Position numbers and translations under genes: made by a program. This document shows, in pieces, positions 1-12,004 of a DNA stretch of 32,846 nt. The first letter of the stretch is position 1, and each line of letters opens with the position of its first letter. The notes under the pieces are model-generated. The model did not search any database. It was not told the DNA's origin and worked only from the letters and a program-made list of their open reading frames with translations. This DNA is from Gonapodya sp. JEL0774 (lineage: Eukaryota): assembly GCA_027604505.1 (NCBI GenBank), contig JADIIX010000048.1:124001-156846 (forward strand). Reading direction: 5' to 3'.

Positions 1-61
1 AGATTCAAAGGAGTCAGAGAGTAATGATCAAACATGACCTGCGGTGACAGAACTAGCTCAC

Positions 62-473
62 TCATGAGTCCTCCATATCCGCAACCAACATCCGCAATCT
101 CTACTTTCAAACTTTGATCTACAAATTTTCCCGCAATCGCTTGTTGTTCGGGTTCCTCCGGTCGGCTTCCCATTCCTCCTTCCTCCTCCTCGCCGTCATC
201 ATTCGTATCACCTTCCATCGCCGTATCGGACGGTTGCGTCGCGCCTGCAAGCACGGTATCAGGTAATTTTTCATAAAATGCCGGGTAGAGTTTCGACCAA
301 TCTTTGAGCTCCGGCTTCAGGGGATAGTCGTGATTGTGGTCCGAGAAGACGTTTGCATGAGCACGCTGTCTGAAGAATCGCTTCTTGGGTAGTTTTGTGG
401 AATCCAGATTTGAGATTGGTAGAGTGGGAGCGGATGTCGGTGTGGGAGAGGCCGCTGGTCGCTTGGAGGCCAT
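62..473 (-). CDS. TRM8: tRNA (guanine-N7)-methyltransferase catalytic subunit (Trm8/METTL1), exon 1 only; gene continues past the left edge
   Basis: ATG at 473 reads MASKRPAA...LPKKRFFRQRAHANVFSDHNHDYP...DWSKLYP...KVEIADVGCGYGGLM, the Trm8 N-terminal RQRAH motif plus the SAM-binding DxGCGxG motif. A GTGAGC donor follows at 61. Not in the ORF track. Confidence 0.93.
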
Positions 474-696
474 GATTGAGTGTGAATCCAGAGAAGTGAG
501 AGAAGTCAGTGACGCGGTGCCAGAGCTTCTATTCTTCTGCCCAAAACTTTCAACAACGCTGTATCCACTAGTCTTGAAGATTACAAGGTTTCCTGCAAAC
601 TATTTCCAAGTTGGCATCAGAAAAGGCGGAACTTAAAATGCTCTCATTGCCTTGAAAAAAACGATACAGCACGCGAGATCGGTCTTCGCAATTCAG
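474..696. promoter_or_regulatory. Probable bidirectional promoter between divergent TRM8 and DNA ligase genes
   Basis: 223 bp separate two divergent ATGs (473 minus, 697 plus). No specific motif identified. Confidence 0.5.
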
Positions 697-3600
697 ATGC
701 CGACACCGACCAAGAAGCGGAAAGGAGCTCCATCGAGCCAGGCAACACTCGACCGATTCTTTTCACCTTCCAAGGTTCAAAAGCTGGAAGCTACCAGCTC
801 TCCTCGTTCTGTTTCAGTGGACATATCCAAGGGTTCGGTACAGCCGGGTGAACCATTCGATGTTGATGAGCTGGACACAGATGTTGATGAGCTGGACACA
901 GATGTTTCGATCTTGCCTGCTTCCTTGAAGCCGTCTGAAAACGAAGACCGTGTGAATGGAAATGTTGATCCGAAAGCTTCATCTCAAGAACATGTGACCA
1001 TTGGCGTTCACACTTCACCTGCAACACAAACCACGCATTCTGTTAAAGTATCTCTCCAGTCGTACAATGCAGCGGCACTCCCGCATTATTGGAAGACCGG
1101 AGAGCCCGTACCTTTTGGTCAGTGACTTGTTCTGGTGCACTCCACAGAATGAGTCTCAATTGCAGTCTTATCTGGGCCTGCACTGAATTCCCAATTGTCC
1201 TCACCTCGACAGGTTTTCTTGCCAACGCTCTCCGCTCCATATCTCAAGACAAATCTCGTATCGCCACTTCTGACGCCCTCGCCAATGTTCTTCGGAGCGT
1301 GCTCTTCCACCGACCCACTGAAATTCTACCTTCTGTGTACTTACTATCAGGATCCGTTGCTCCCAGCTATGAAGGCGTCGAACTTGGCGTTGGAGGGCAA
1401 GTTGTGGTGAAGGCTGCTAGAGAAGTGAGTGGGGTCTCTGCCGCAGAAGTGAAACGACTGTTCGACGAGAAGGGCGACCTTGGTGACGTTGTGATGGAGA
1501 TGAAGGTGAAACAGACGACTCTTGTGAGTACTATCAAGGCGCCCACCGGTGGGACATCTTCCCCAGACAACTCACATTCCACATCAAATAGTTCAAACTG
1601 CCCCCACTCACTGTGCCCTCCCTGTTCAACGGTCTCCAATCTCTTGCCCTCCTCAAAGGCTCCGGTTCGCAATCTGCAAGACAGCAACGCATTCAACGGC
1701 TCTTTTCTTCGGCGCAAGGAGAAGAACTCCGATGGTTGGCGCGTATTCTGACAGGCAATTTGAGAGCGGGAACGCTGAAGTTGACGCTACTGGGAGCACT
1801 GGCGAAGGCGGTGGTAGCACACAGGCAGTGGGATAAGCCGCTAGGAGGGCAGAGGACGGGCACGTGGAACAAAGTCGCAGAGCAGGCGAAGGAAATGGAA
1901 GCTGTATTGAGGGGCTGTTGGTCGGTGGTGCGGATACCGCGATATGATTTTGTTCCAAGAGGCATACGAGCTCATGATATCTCTTATATTTTTGATAGTG
2001 TCCCAACTTTGACCTTCTCATTCCTGTACTGGTTGATCCCAACTCGAACCCCTTGACCCTCTGTACCCTTATCCAGCCCCGCCTCCAGGTTCCCATCCGT
2101 CCCATGCTTGGCAAGATCACCAAAGATCTGACCGAAGCATTGGAGAAGTTGGAGGGGTGGGGGCCTTACGTTGCGGATTGGAAGTATGATGGACAGAGAG
2201 CGCAGATGCACTGGGAAGCTGGTGGTGTGGCAAAGATCTTCTCGAGACATTTGGAGGATAGTACAGGCAAGGTAACGATATAGTCAGTGTTATCGTTGAT
2301 ATCAGAGATCGTCGGCCCATTTGACAACGTGTTTTTCCCAGTTTCCCGACGTCATTTCCATCCTGAGCGAAGTCGCCCTCCCCACGACGACGAGCTTCAT
2401 CCTTGACACCGAGGTTGTAGCGATAGATCCAGAGACGGGAAAGAACAAGCCCTTTCAGGTGCTTGCCAACCGGCCCAAAAATTCAGTTGGTGGGTTAGTG
2501 GACCTGAGGGGGGTCGCGGTATGTGGTAAGTGCATTCGAATTCCTCTTTTGACGCCTTGTGCTTCACTTTTTCGATATGTCAGTGTATCCTTTTGACCTG
2601 TTGTATTTAAATGGAGAGTCTTTGCTGAAGACACCACTTCGTGAACGAGTAAGCATGTTTGAGACTGGGCACAAGTGTCACTGCAACGCGTGCTTTGTAG
2701 CCAATCGCCCATAACATCTCCAGATCCACCTTCTCCAAAGGTCGTTCACCACCGTCCCCCATCGCTTCGAATTAGTGAAGAAGCTTATTGATCCTGGACC
2801 CGACGAAGTGGCGGACTTCTTGACAGATGCCCTTTCGGCAGGTGCCGAGGGTTTGATGCTCAAGCTTCTTGATGAGCCGACACAAGAAAAGCGAAAGGAG
2901 CGGGGTGCACTCCTTGCAACGTATGAGCCAGGTCGGTGAATTGACGGTGGTATTGCAGTTCGTTAGTGGGGTCCAACACACTCACCCCAAGTAGACCGCC
3001 GATCAGATTCGTGGTTGAAGGTGAAGAAGGATTATTCAGACTCTTTCAGGACGTTTGACTTGGTTGTGATTGGGGCGTGGTGGGGAAGCGGGAGGAAGGC
3101 GGGATGGTACAGTCGTATGCATTTCGTTGTCTGAATGCGAAAAATGGTGTCGTGCTAAACGTCTTATTGTTTTGGACGTTCAGCGTTTTTGTTAGCCTGT
3201 CGCAATCCAGCAACTGACCGGTACGAGTCCGTGTGCAAGGTCATGTCTGGATTCTCCGATGAATTCTACAGGGAGCAGCTCAATGTAAGTGCAGAGGGCA
3301 CGAAAAGGATGGCGTTGTGCTTTTTGCTACTTACCCCGAGACTCGGTGGATCAAAGGTTTTCTCACAAGAGAATGGAAATGTGCTGTCCGCGAGGCCAAA
3401 TTATTATGAAGTGGATGATCGGCTGACTCCGGATATGTGGTTCGAACCTCAACAAATGTAAGTAACAGACGCCTGCTCCTTTGTGTTCTTCGTAGTAGAG
3501 ATGATAATCTCTCACCACCGGTATAGCTGGGAGATCCGGGGTGCAGACTTGACATTGTCACCAATCCATAGTGCGGCAAGGGGGCTTGCGAAATCTGACT

Positions 3601-3924
3601 CCGATAGAGGGGTCAGCATCAGATTTCCCAGATTCGCGAAGGTGAGAACAGACAAGGGTCTGGAAGATGTCACAACATCAGAAGAAAGTGAGTACTTTCC
3701 GGGCAATATCCTTCCCGTGTCTTGACTGTTTCTGAGCTGATTTAATTATTCTGTGGATAGTTGCTGATGCGTATTCGAAGCAGCCACTTGTGCGAAATGC
3801 ATTGGGGATATTGGGAGAAGCCGAGCCGCAAAGCACTAATATCGGAACAGATGTGGCCGACGGTAAAGGAAAGAGGGAAGTTGATCTGGAAAATGATAGC
3901 GAGTCGAGTCCAGAAGATGCATGA
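697..3924 (+). CDS. ATP-dependent DNA ligase, Adl1/LIG6-type paralog of ligase I; 12 exons
   Basis: Approximate exons 697-1117, 1213-1523, 1592-1927, 1999-2271, 2342-2525, 2584-2648, 2723-2931, 2995-3114, 3185-3284, 3358-3457, 3527-3687, 3761-3924. Motifs: KYDGQRAQ (adenylated Lys), [38 protein letters not shown]-terminal PIP box QATLDRFF. Confidence 0.93.
859..906 (+). repeat. 21-bp tandem duplication (about 2.3 copies) encoding DVDELDT x2 in the ligase N-terminal linker
   Basis: GATGTTGATGAGCTGGACACA at 859-879 and 880-900, then GATGTT. Confidence 0.95.
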
Positions 3925-4030
3925 AACAGATGGATTGTGCGGTGTAGACTTTTGGCTTTTCAAAATGACCAAAGCACCAGCTAATTTCAAGCTCCACAGC
4001 CCCCTACTGTTAAGTGTGTTCCCATTCACG

Positions 4031-6692
4031 ATGGACGATGATGGCCTGGTAATCAATATCTCTTCACCGGCTGGACAAAGAAATGTAACAAGGAAGAACA
4101 CTCGAGTCCTGCCCAAAGGGTCATGGAAGCGAAAACATCTTGCGTCGAAAGCTGCCGCGTCCAGGGCAGGGAAAAGGGAAGCAGGACGCGCAGTACCCAT
4201 GACTGGCGCACGGACAAATAACTCAAAAGTTGCCCCGCCATCCGCTCCTGAACCTGGTGGAACTGGTGCGGTGAGAGCTCACACTGACTCCCCAAGTGCG
4301 ATGTCTGTCGAAGCAGTTGGCCCCAACGGAAATACGGCATCGATGAAAGCGACAAGGAAGAGGCCCTTAGATGGGAGTGGAGCACCGACACGAACCTCAA
4401 CAGAACCGCCGCCAAAGAAGAAGAAGCTTAACAGTGGGAGGACAGTTGGCTCGATGGACTCTTCGGATCTGAGTGTGGGAACAAAAGGAAAGGGGGCGGA
4501 CCGACGTTTGGACTCGAAAACATTTGTGTCATCATTATTCTCCTCGAATCCCTCCCTTCCGGAAACTGTTCCAAGTACCGACATTGTGAAAGTAGAACGA
4601 ACTCCACAAGCACCACTGTTCGGCGCCTCCTCTTTCGAAAAGCTGGGAATCTCGCCATTTCTGTCTCGACACTTGCAATTCGGTCTTAATCTCTCAACCC
4701 CGACCTCGGTGCAGCAACACTCGTTCCCGGTATTGCTCAATCCGAATGGCCGCGATTGCTTGGTTAGGTCTCCCACAGGATCTGGAAAAACATTGGCATA
4801 TCTTGGACCAATTATTGACGCGATGCTGAAGGTGGAAGGTTCTGCTGCGAGACGAGATAGGACCGGTGTGCTGGCAGTGGTGGTCGCACCCACGCGTGAG
4901 CTCGCTGGACAAATTTGGGGAGTGGCGAATGACCTTGTCAACTGGAAAAGTGGAAGGAAGCAAATGGAGGAAGGGCTTGGCGATGACGTGGACCGCGAAA
5001 GCGGCTCGGACAACGATAATCCAAACCCCATCTCGAAATCCGACCATAAGATGACTTCCGCGATTTCAGAGGATGATGCAGTTCCTCGACCTCACCATTG
5101 GCTTACTCCTGTTCTTCTCACCGGAGGTGCGAAGCGCAAATCTGAGAAGGCTCGTATTCGTCGGGGAGCGCAGGTCATCGTCGCTACGCCAGGGCGACTG
5201 TTGGATCACATTCGAACTACTGCATCTCTCGATGCTTCAAATGTGAGATGGCTTGTTCTCGACGAGGCTGACAGACTGGTCGAGGAAGGAATGGAGGACG
5301 ACTTGAAGGCATGTGTGCGTCTTCTCAATGAACGATGGAAGGGAGGTGAACGGAAAGGTCTTTCCCGGGATTGGGACGCCAGCCTTCCAGGAAAACGGAG
5401 AACGGTATTGTGCTCAGCGACTGTCGAGGCTGGGGTTGTGAAAATGGCTGGCTGGTTGATGCGAGAAAAAGCGGTTGTCGTCACGGAGGACGGAACAACG
5501 GAATGGCGCACTGCTGAACTCTCCGTTGCAGGTGCAGACAGCACAGCTGCTCTCACCTCCGAAGCGGACTCGCATAACCATGGCTCCTCAGTATCCGGGA
5601 AGCTCAGTATCAACGATCCTACCTCCCAAATCGTCACCCCCGTCCGCCTTCGTCAGCTCTACATTCCTGCTCCATACAAGCTCCGTCTGGTTACATTAGC
5701 ATCGCTTCTTCGGAGGACTTGCCTCAATGGCGGAAAGTGCGTAACCTTTACGGCAACACAGGATGTAGTAGAATGGCTTTGGACAATTTTTAGTTCAGCA
5801 CTTGGCGATGCGGCAAAGTCTCCAGTGACTAAGAAGCTAGATGCAGATTCCCCAACATGTGAATCGTCCTTTTTGGGGGCGCCGGTTACAAAACTTCATG
5901 GAGGACTGTCGCCTCAAGGTCGAGCGGGCGCATTGCGAACATTTCTCTCATCTTCTCGAGGAGTTCTTCTCACCACTTCCCTGGCAGCGCGTGGTCTTGA
6001 TGTCCCAGACGTTTCTCTCGTCGTACAACTCGATCCCCCACATGATGTTGAGGAATACGTACATCGAGTTGGTCGCACAGCTCGGATTGGGCGTACCGGA
6101 GAAGCAGTCATTTTTGTGGCGCCCGAAGAGGCTGAGTATGTGGGAACTTTGCAGAAGCGGGGGATGGCAGTTGAGCGAATGGAGATTGAGACTGTCGTGA
6201 CGGAGGGTTTGAAAGGGTGGGGTAGAGTTCTAGCGAAACCAAAAGGCAAGAGTTTCAATGAGTGGGAAGTGAAGGCCACTGACCTACAGATGATAGTGGA
6301 AAGAAAGACACTTGAGCGGTCAGAGGTTTGTTGAACTTTCAGGTTGTTTTTCTGTTGGGATCTCACAATTGCATGACGTCCTTCTGCGACAGATGCAAAG
6401 CATTGCCCGTGCGGCCTACACTGCCCACTTGCGTGCCTATTCAACCCACCCTGCAGTTCAGAGATCCATATTCCACTTACGCAAACTCCATCTCGGTCAT
6501 GTGGCCAAAAGTTTTGGCTTGCGAGACACTCCTACAGTCGCAGGTGTGAATTCAAAAGATGCGAGTGACGTCAAGTCCAAGGTTGTTCAGAAGAGACAGC
6601 AACAGAGGGAGAGGAGCAAACTGGGATGGTCCGTTGTGGGCGGTTCGGGGGCTAAAAAGTACTTAGCGAGTGAATTTGGGGATGGGTTTTAA
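4031..6692 (+). CDS. DBP7: DEAD-box RNA helicase Dbp7/DDX31 (60S biogenesis); 2 exons
   Basis: Exons 4031-6325 and 6393-6692. N-terminal MDDDGLVINI; motifs SPTGSGKT, PTRELA, GGAKRKSEKARIRRG, DEAD, SAT, ARGLD, HRVGRTAR; C-terminal AYSTHP...LHLGHVAKSFGLR and SEF typical of Dbp7. Confidence 0.93.
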
Positions 6693-6796
6693 AGGTGTAT
6701 GAAATACATACTGCAATCGAGAAACAAATAATAAAGGTTCGGATGTGGGGCGTTGTCGGGGGGCGCAACGTTCGATAACATTGTTGTACTTGGATA

Positions 6797-7676
6797 ATGT
6801 CTTTACGGATCGTGCGCGATGGCACAACAATCAAGTGGATGTGTTCCTCAGCCGAGTGCCTTGTACAGCAGGTAAGAGATTGGCATTCTCATGTCGAGAC
6901 AATCCGGACTGGTGTCAACCCAACACACACATAACATCAATATCTGCGGGTACTTCTGAAGCGATTTGTTTCGAAAGTTCCTGTCTTCTTAAAACTTCGA
7001 AGGAATGTGGAAGCTTTGGGGCAAGCTGGGGACATCGTTTCCGTTGACAGTGAGCGCCGTCCACAACTTCAAAAGGACAGTTTTCAGTTTTTGAATACCG
7101 GCTTTCAGGGGTCCGCGCTCGCCATCAACTGATCCCGACAAGAGCTGCGAATTACTTACCAACGGATAGACGAGGTGGGTGTCTATGCACTTTTGGTAAC
7201 TTCGTATCTCCTTCATTTCGTGTCATTCATACCGGAGTACAGGGAGACCCATATTCCCTAAGAGTTATGTGGAGCATCCTCAACACGCAAAGCTAGCACC
7301 AACTTCTTCAGCCGCTTCCAAGCTTCAGAATGCCGAAGAACGTGCGCACCGATCCTCGGAAGCGGTTGCGAAAATGAGATCTTTGCCTCTGCCTGCTTTA
7401 ATCTTTCGCCGAGCTCCTCGCGCAAACTCCTCGTACTTTTTTGGATCCGTTACTGTCGGTGATGTACTCACCGAACTTAGGTTACGACACAATGTCGGTT
7501 TGTATCCAGAGGACTCGAAGGCGACTTTCAATGTCCGCAATAGACCAGACAAAGTCGCTGACCGAGTGAGACAATTTGGCTCACATGATGTGACCTTCAC
7601 TGTCCGCGGGGACCAAGTGACTTTGACGATAGTAGTGGAACCTGACTTGAAAGTCGAGAAACGACTTGTAGATTAG
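6797..7676 (+). CDS. Mitochondrial ribosomal protein bL9m (L9 family); 4 exons
   Basis: Exons 6797-6871, 6962-7049, 7109-7174, 7243-7676 join in phase. L9 N-domain LKLRRNVEALGQAGDIVSVDRVRARHQLIP; C-domain FFGSVT...RQFGSHDV...TIVVEP; N-terminal extension that could be a presequence. Confidence 0.85.
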
Positions 7677-7891
7677 AGAAGCGAAGTGCTACCTAGCAGC
7701 ATGTTCTTACATCACATACTATGCGTGGGCAAATAAGGAAAAAGGAAGGACAAAATTCGCTCTGCTTTTTCGCAAAGGGAGAGCTTACTCATTAGCATCG
7801 CACGTTACACAAAGCTCCGCAGTAATCTATTTAGAACTTGCGCCCGTATTACCTCATCCACATCGGTGTAGTCATCTTAACCAATCTGTAC

Positions 7892-9628
7892 CTACACTGG
7901 TCCAGTAGGAGGTGGTGGGGGATAGCTATTTGAACCATCGGGCACTGTTTGTGGAGGAGCCGGAGCAGGTCCACTCCCGTCAGGTTGCTGCTGACCGTAG
8001 TAGGCGTACCACTGAGCATAGTATTGCTTTTGAACAATCAAATTGATGATATGTGCAAGTAAGCTCCAGAAAGAGTCTGGGTGAAGAAACATTGGCGCAC
8101 CTGGTAGTATGCTGAGTAGGGGTCGCTGGCAGCCTGCCCTGTAGCGACAGGCTGGGACGTTTGCGTGGCACCCGGCGGTGGTGCATAATACCCTTGTGAA
8201 TAATTTGGTGTTGGCGCACCGGGGTAACCAACTCCAGGAGGGTACTGTTGATTGGGAGAGTTCACAGGACGAAGAGGCGCAAAGTGGGCGCCAGGTACTG
8301 CACCGAATGCCTTTTGATAAGGGAGAAAACGATAAAACCAGTGCCGTTAATGTACCCACGGGAACCCGAGGAAGCAGATAAAGAAAAGAAGATATCTCTC
8401 CTACAGTAAGCACACACACACGGACCGCTTTGAAGAGAGTCACGCACCTGTCCAGGCATTCCAGATGGCCGCATTGGAGGTGCAGTCCGGGCTTGCTTCC
8501 ACTTTTGGTACTCTTCCTTCACAGTATCAACTAAATCTTGTACAAGAAGCTTCGCCTTATTTACTCCCTCAGCACTTGATCCACTGAAGAGAGTAGTTTA
8601 ACAACGGAATCAGGTAGTCAAAGAACCGCTTACCACTCACGCGATGTGAACATGCAAGTCATCGTCTGCTTCCCTCTGCGTGCTCACTTCAATGTAGCCT
8701 GATCCTCTTCCCTTCAATTGCACGCGAGTGCTGGTCTCATTTTGAATGTGCTTCACAAATTGACCACCCGGGCCGACCACTTTGGCGCGAGTGGAAAACA
8801 TTCGGTCATCGATTTCGACGTATACTTTCTCTTGATACATATCGCGCCGCTAAGATATTCGTTAGTTCGCAACGGTGCAGTCGTGAAATCTGTCGCGGTG
8901 TCTTACATTTCCTCTGGGATAGTCGCCATAGCCAGAAGGTTGACTTTCAGCCTGCGCCGGCCCAAACCCTGCATCAATAAACTCTTGTACCTTCTCGACC
9001 GCTTTGTCCAGAGCTTCTTGCGTCGTCGCGGTGATATGGAGGTAGAGGGGAGGCTCTTTGTCGGCAAGTTTCCGGTCCGGATAATATCGACCCCTCGTAA
9101 CAATGCTAAGCACAGCGTCCAAAACTGAGTGTTGGATCGTCACATTATGCGAAATCCACTCAGAACTCACTCGGCGCTTGAATACTCCTTGACAGCCTTT
9201 TGCGTCTCACTCTTGGTGAGAACGTACCTGTTTTTGAGATCGTTTATATCAATGTCCCTGGTGAAATCACCATCACCGCTGGCTTTAAATCTTTTCACGG
9301 CTGGTGTGGGGAGGGCATCCTGTATTAGCGGTTTGAGAAACGCTCAAAACGAAGCATCATTCATCACGATACACGCTCAACCACCCACTGGAGAGGCTGG
9401 AGACTTGACAGAGATTCCCTTAGCTTCAAGCAAGCGAGCAGCAGTTTGCGCAGCCAGAAGTTTCGCATTATCTGCATCCCCTTCTTTCTCGTTTCCACTT
9501 GGGTTGGAAAACTTCTCGCTGTTTCCGTTCGGCGGTGTCTCCGAAGACGGTGGAGTGATTTCTCCGGTATCTGTCAAATCCCATCGACGCTTTTTCTTGG
9601 ACTTATCGGCACTCGAATCTTCAGTCAT
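7892..9628 (-). CDS. KH-domain RNA-binding protein, KHDC4/KIAA0907 (BLOM7)-like; multi-exon
   Basis: MTEDSSADKSKKKRRWD...; DIDINDLKNRYVLTK...ADIVTRGRYYPD...PPLYLHITA (KH1); KVVGPGGQFVKHIQNETSTRVQLKGRGSGYIE...LHVHI (KH2); Pro/Tyr-rich tail ending PPPPPTGPV*. Confidence 0.85.
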
Positions 9629-9808
9629 AAGGTAGTCAGCGAAGTTTAGGCCAGAGCACTCGCCTATGCTTCAACTGGTCAGCTTTTTGCCCTCAATGCT
9701 CGGCGACTGACAAACTTGTGTATCAACTATTACACTTCAAGAGACCGAATATGTACAGTCATCCTGTTCATCCCGCTGCATGTGTTCATGCAGCGGACAA
9801 CACGATCT

Positions 9809-11104
9809 TCATTTAGGCGCTTGTTTCTTTGCAGGCTTCCCCTTCCCAACGCTCGATTTGTGATGTTTTTTGCCCGTACCTTTGGCATTCTGGCCAACGG
9901 CGCCATCACCGACTCCTGAATCCTCACACTCCGGGCAGTACCATGGATCTTCCTCTTTAAACTCCTCCATGACGAATCCCACACAATCCGCTGGCATGAT
10001 GTGTAAAGAACTATGAAAACTCCAATTACGCTTCCAGCAGCAGTATCCCATCACATACCGTGGAACCACTTCTCGCAACTGTCACACTGGATAAGAGGCA
10101 AGTCAGGGTTCTCCGGAAAATTGCAAGTGCAATACCTCGGTAACTCTGTCTGTCATTTGGGAAAGCGGTGTTTAGCAGGTATCACATTGACACTGGCGTG
10201 GGGGTTCTCATCTCACCAGAATCTTTCCTTTAACAGCGGTGTACTCTTCACGCCAATAAAACCCAGTAATCTCCTTCTCCGCACCAGGGACCAAATTGAC
10301 AATATGGCAGGGTCCTATGACGCTCGCGACTGAGAATTTTGGAAGGCATAAGTCGAGAAGGTGTCCGTGAATACACAATGGAAACCAACCAACCGTGAAT
10401 GCGGTCTGTATGATCAGTGCTCTTTAAAAGCTCATTTTCGCCATGATAGGGTCTGTTGAGATTGGTTCAGATCGCACAAACGGGAAGGACCAATAGACTG
10501 TCCGGAGCAACGCACCGCTTGCCACCGATTATTTCGTGCGGACGATAGAACCTAATATAAACCCGATGTCGTACATGAGTTTAATTAGAAGGCCCAAATA
10601 CGTTTTTAGAAACTTGCCAACGCATTGTCAGGTAAACGTTCCGTCGGTCGTTCTTCATCGCTTTGTTTCAGGCAAGTTGTCGTGAGGCTTTCGACCCACT
10701 CCAAACGACCCACGTCACCTTACCTTGTATTCTCAAGAGCTCCCCGTAGTATGGCTCTGACTCAGTAGACTCGATTGTCAGGTTGTCACCAGTTTTGTAC
10801 TCGGTATTGTCGACTGTTGATCGTAGCAACGCACCGACATGATTCGATGTCGATATCCAGCCGCAAGGAGTCCAAAATATTAGTAACCCTCCTGATCATC
10901 AAAGAAAGTGATATAACGGCCTCTGTGCTCACGGATAAACGACTTGAAATCGAACAGCTCCGCGTCTGCTGGCGGTGTCAGTTTGAATGGGATATTAGAC
11001 TGTCCTTGCGCCGGCTGGTTCTCGTCAATCTCCTCATCTCCACCGGTTGAGAGCCGTCGTTTGTTGGTGGGCGGTTGCGTCGTAGTCTCCACGGCAGCGG
11101 CCAT
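9809..11104 (-). CDS. BAH-PHD chromatin reader, EBS/SHL/EPR-1-like; 8 exons, 261 aa
   Basis: Exons 11104-10933, 10813-10724, 10660-10618, 10551-10516, 10452-10394, 10329-10217, 10149-10059, 9990-9809 total 786 nt in frame. BAH: YKTGDNLTI..EPYYG..MRWFYRPHEIIGGKRPYHGENELLKSTDHTD..SVIGPCHI. PHD: YCTCNFPENPDLPLIQCDSCEKWFHADC..WYCPEC. Confidence 0.88.
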
Positions 11105-11306
11105 CAAAGACGAATCAAGGGTCGATAGAATGAAGCTCGAAACCCAGTCGAGAAAGATTCAGAAAATAGAACGGCGCCTTCGGTTGCGGATATACGAACG
11201 ACTTGCTCTGCAAGGGCTCGGATAATCGTATGCGTATGAAGGTGTCTGCGAACAAATTCTTCGACATAGCCCCCGCACCGACAACTCCCTATTGAAAATT
11301 CCTCCC
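11105..11306. promoter_or_regulatory. Probable bidirectional promoter between the BAH-PHD gene and CWF18
   Basis: 202 bp separate divergent ATGs at 11104 (minus) and 11307 (plus). Confidence 0.5.
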
Positions 11307-12004
11307 ATGTCCGCTCCAATTAACGTGTTGGAAGAAGAGGCGCTGAAGCGCAAAGATAGACTTGTCGCATTCAGAGCTGATAAGCTTGGGCTCCCTCTGC
11401 CCCCCTCAAATGTTCGCTTGCCAACCGGGACTTCAGGAGCGGCAACCACCAATAAGCGGGATCGCACTCCAGGGTCTGCCTTTGTGATTGGGGGGTGAGT
11501 CTGTTTGTATTCGTGCATTCTTCTATTCCATCTGGGCATAGTCTAGAAACCTCCCAACAACAGAAGCCGACATCTGAAGACATTGGAAGAAGAGGTCGCA
11601 CTGTTCGCAAAGGAGGCATTGGACCAAGAGGAGCAACGCAAGAAGGAAGTAGTAAGTGTACTTGGCCTTCCGTGACATCTAGTATCTAGCAAACGTAGAA
11701 GAGCACACCTGGCAGGACATATTCAATTTGGCGCCGAGGAAGGCGAATTGGGATTTGAAGCGTGACTTACAAAAGAAATTAGTGAGGCTTGAACGGAAAA
11801 CGCAGTCGTCTATAGCTGAAATCATCCGTAAGTTACCCTGTGGAGGGAACAACCGTTTATGAACCTATGCTGACTTTCACATATTCAGGACAGCGTATTT
11901 CAACAGCAGGAAGCACGGAAGATATTGGGGCCGCCGATGTCGATATGCCAGCACGAGGAGGGAGTAGAGCCACCGCTGTCGACGACTTTTCGGACGAGGA
12001 TTAA
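11307..12004 (+). CDS. cwf18: Spliceosomal protein Cwf18/CCDC12; 4 exons
   Basis: Exons 11307-11494, 11564-11651, 11716-11827, 11889-12004. LEEEALKRKDRL and DIFNLAPRKANWDLKRDLQKKLVRLERKTQSSIAEIIRQRI match the family signature. Confidence 0.9.

Noticed and set aside
3761..4030. 90-aa N-terminal extension of the DBP7 ORF, or a possible ligase-helicase fusion
   Set aside because: This region is the ligase last exon read in another frame. The ligase donor is phase 1 and leads to TGA at 3924, and the Dbp7 family N-terminus begins at ATG 4031.
4279..5637. Long antisense ORFs, here and opposite BYE1, CFAP57 and the kinase
   Set aside because: Shadow frames of real coding exons or low-complexity GC-rich introns, with no recognisable motifs.
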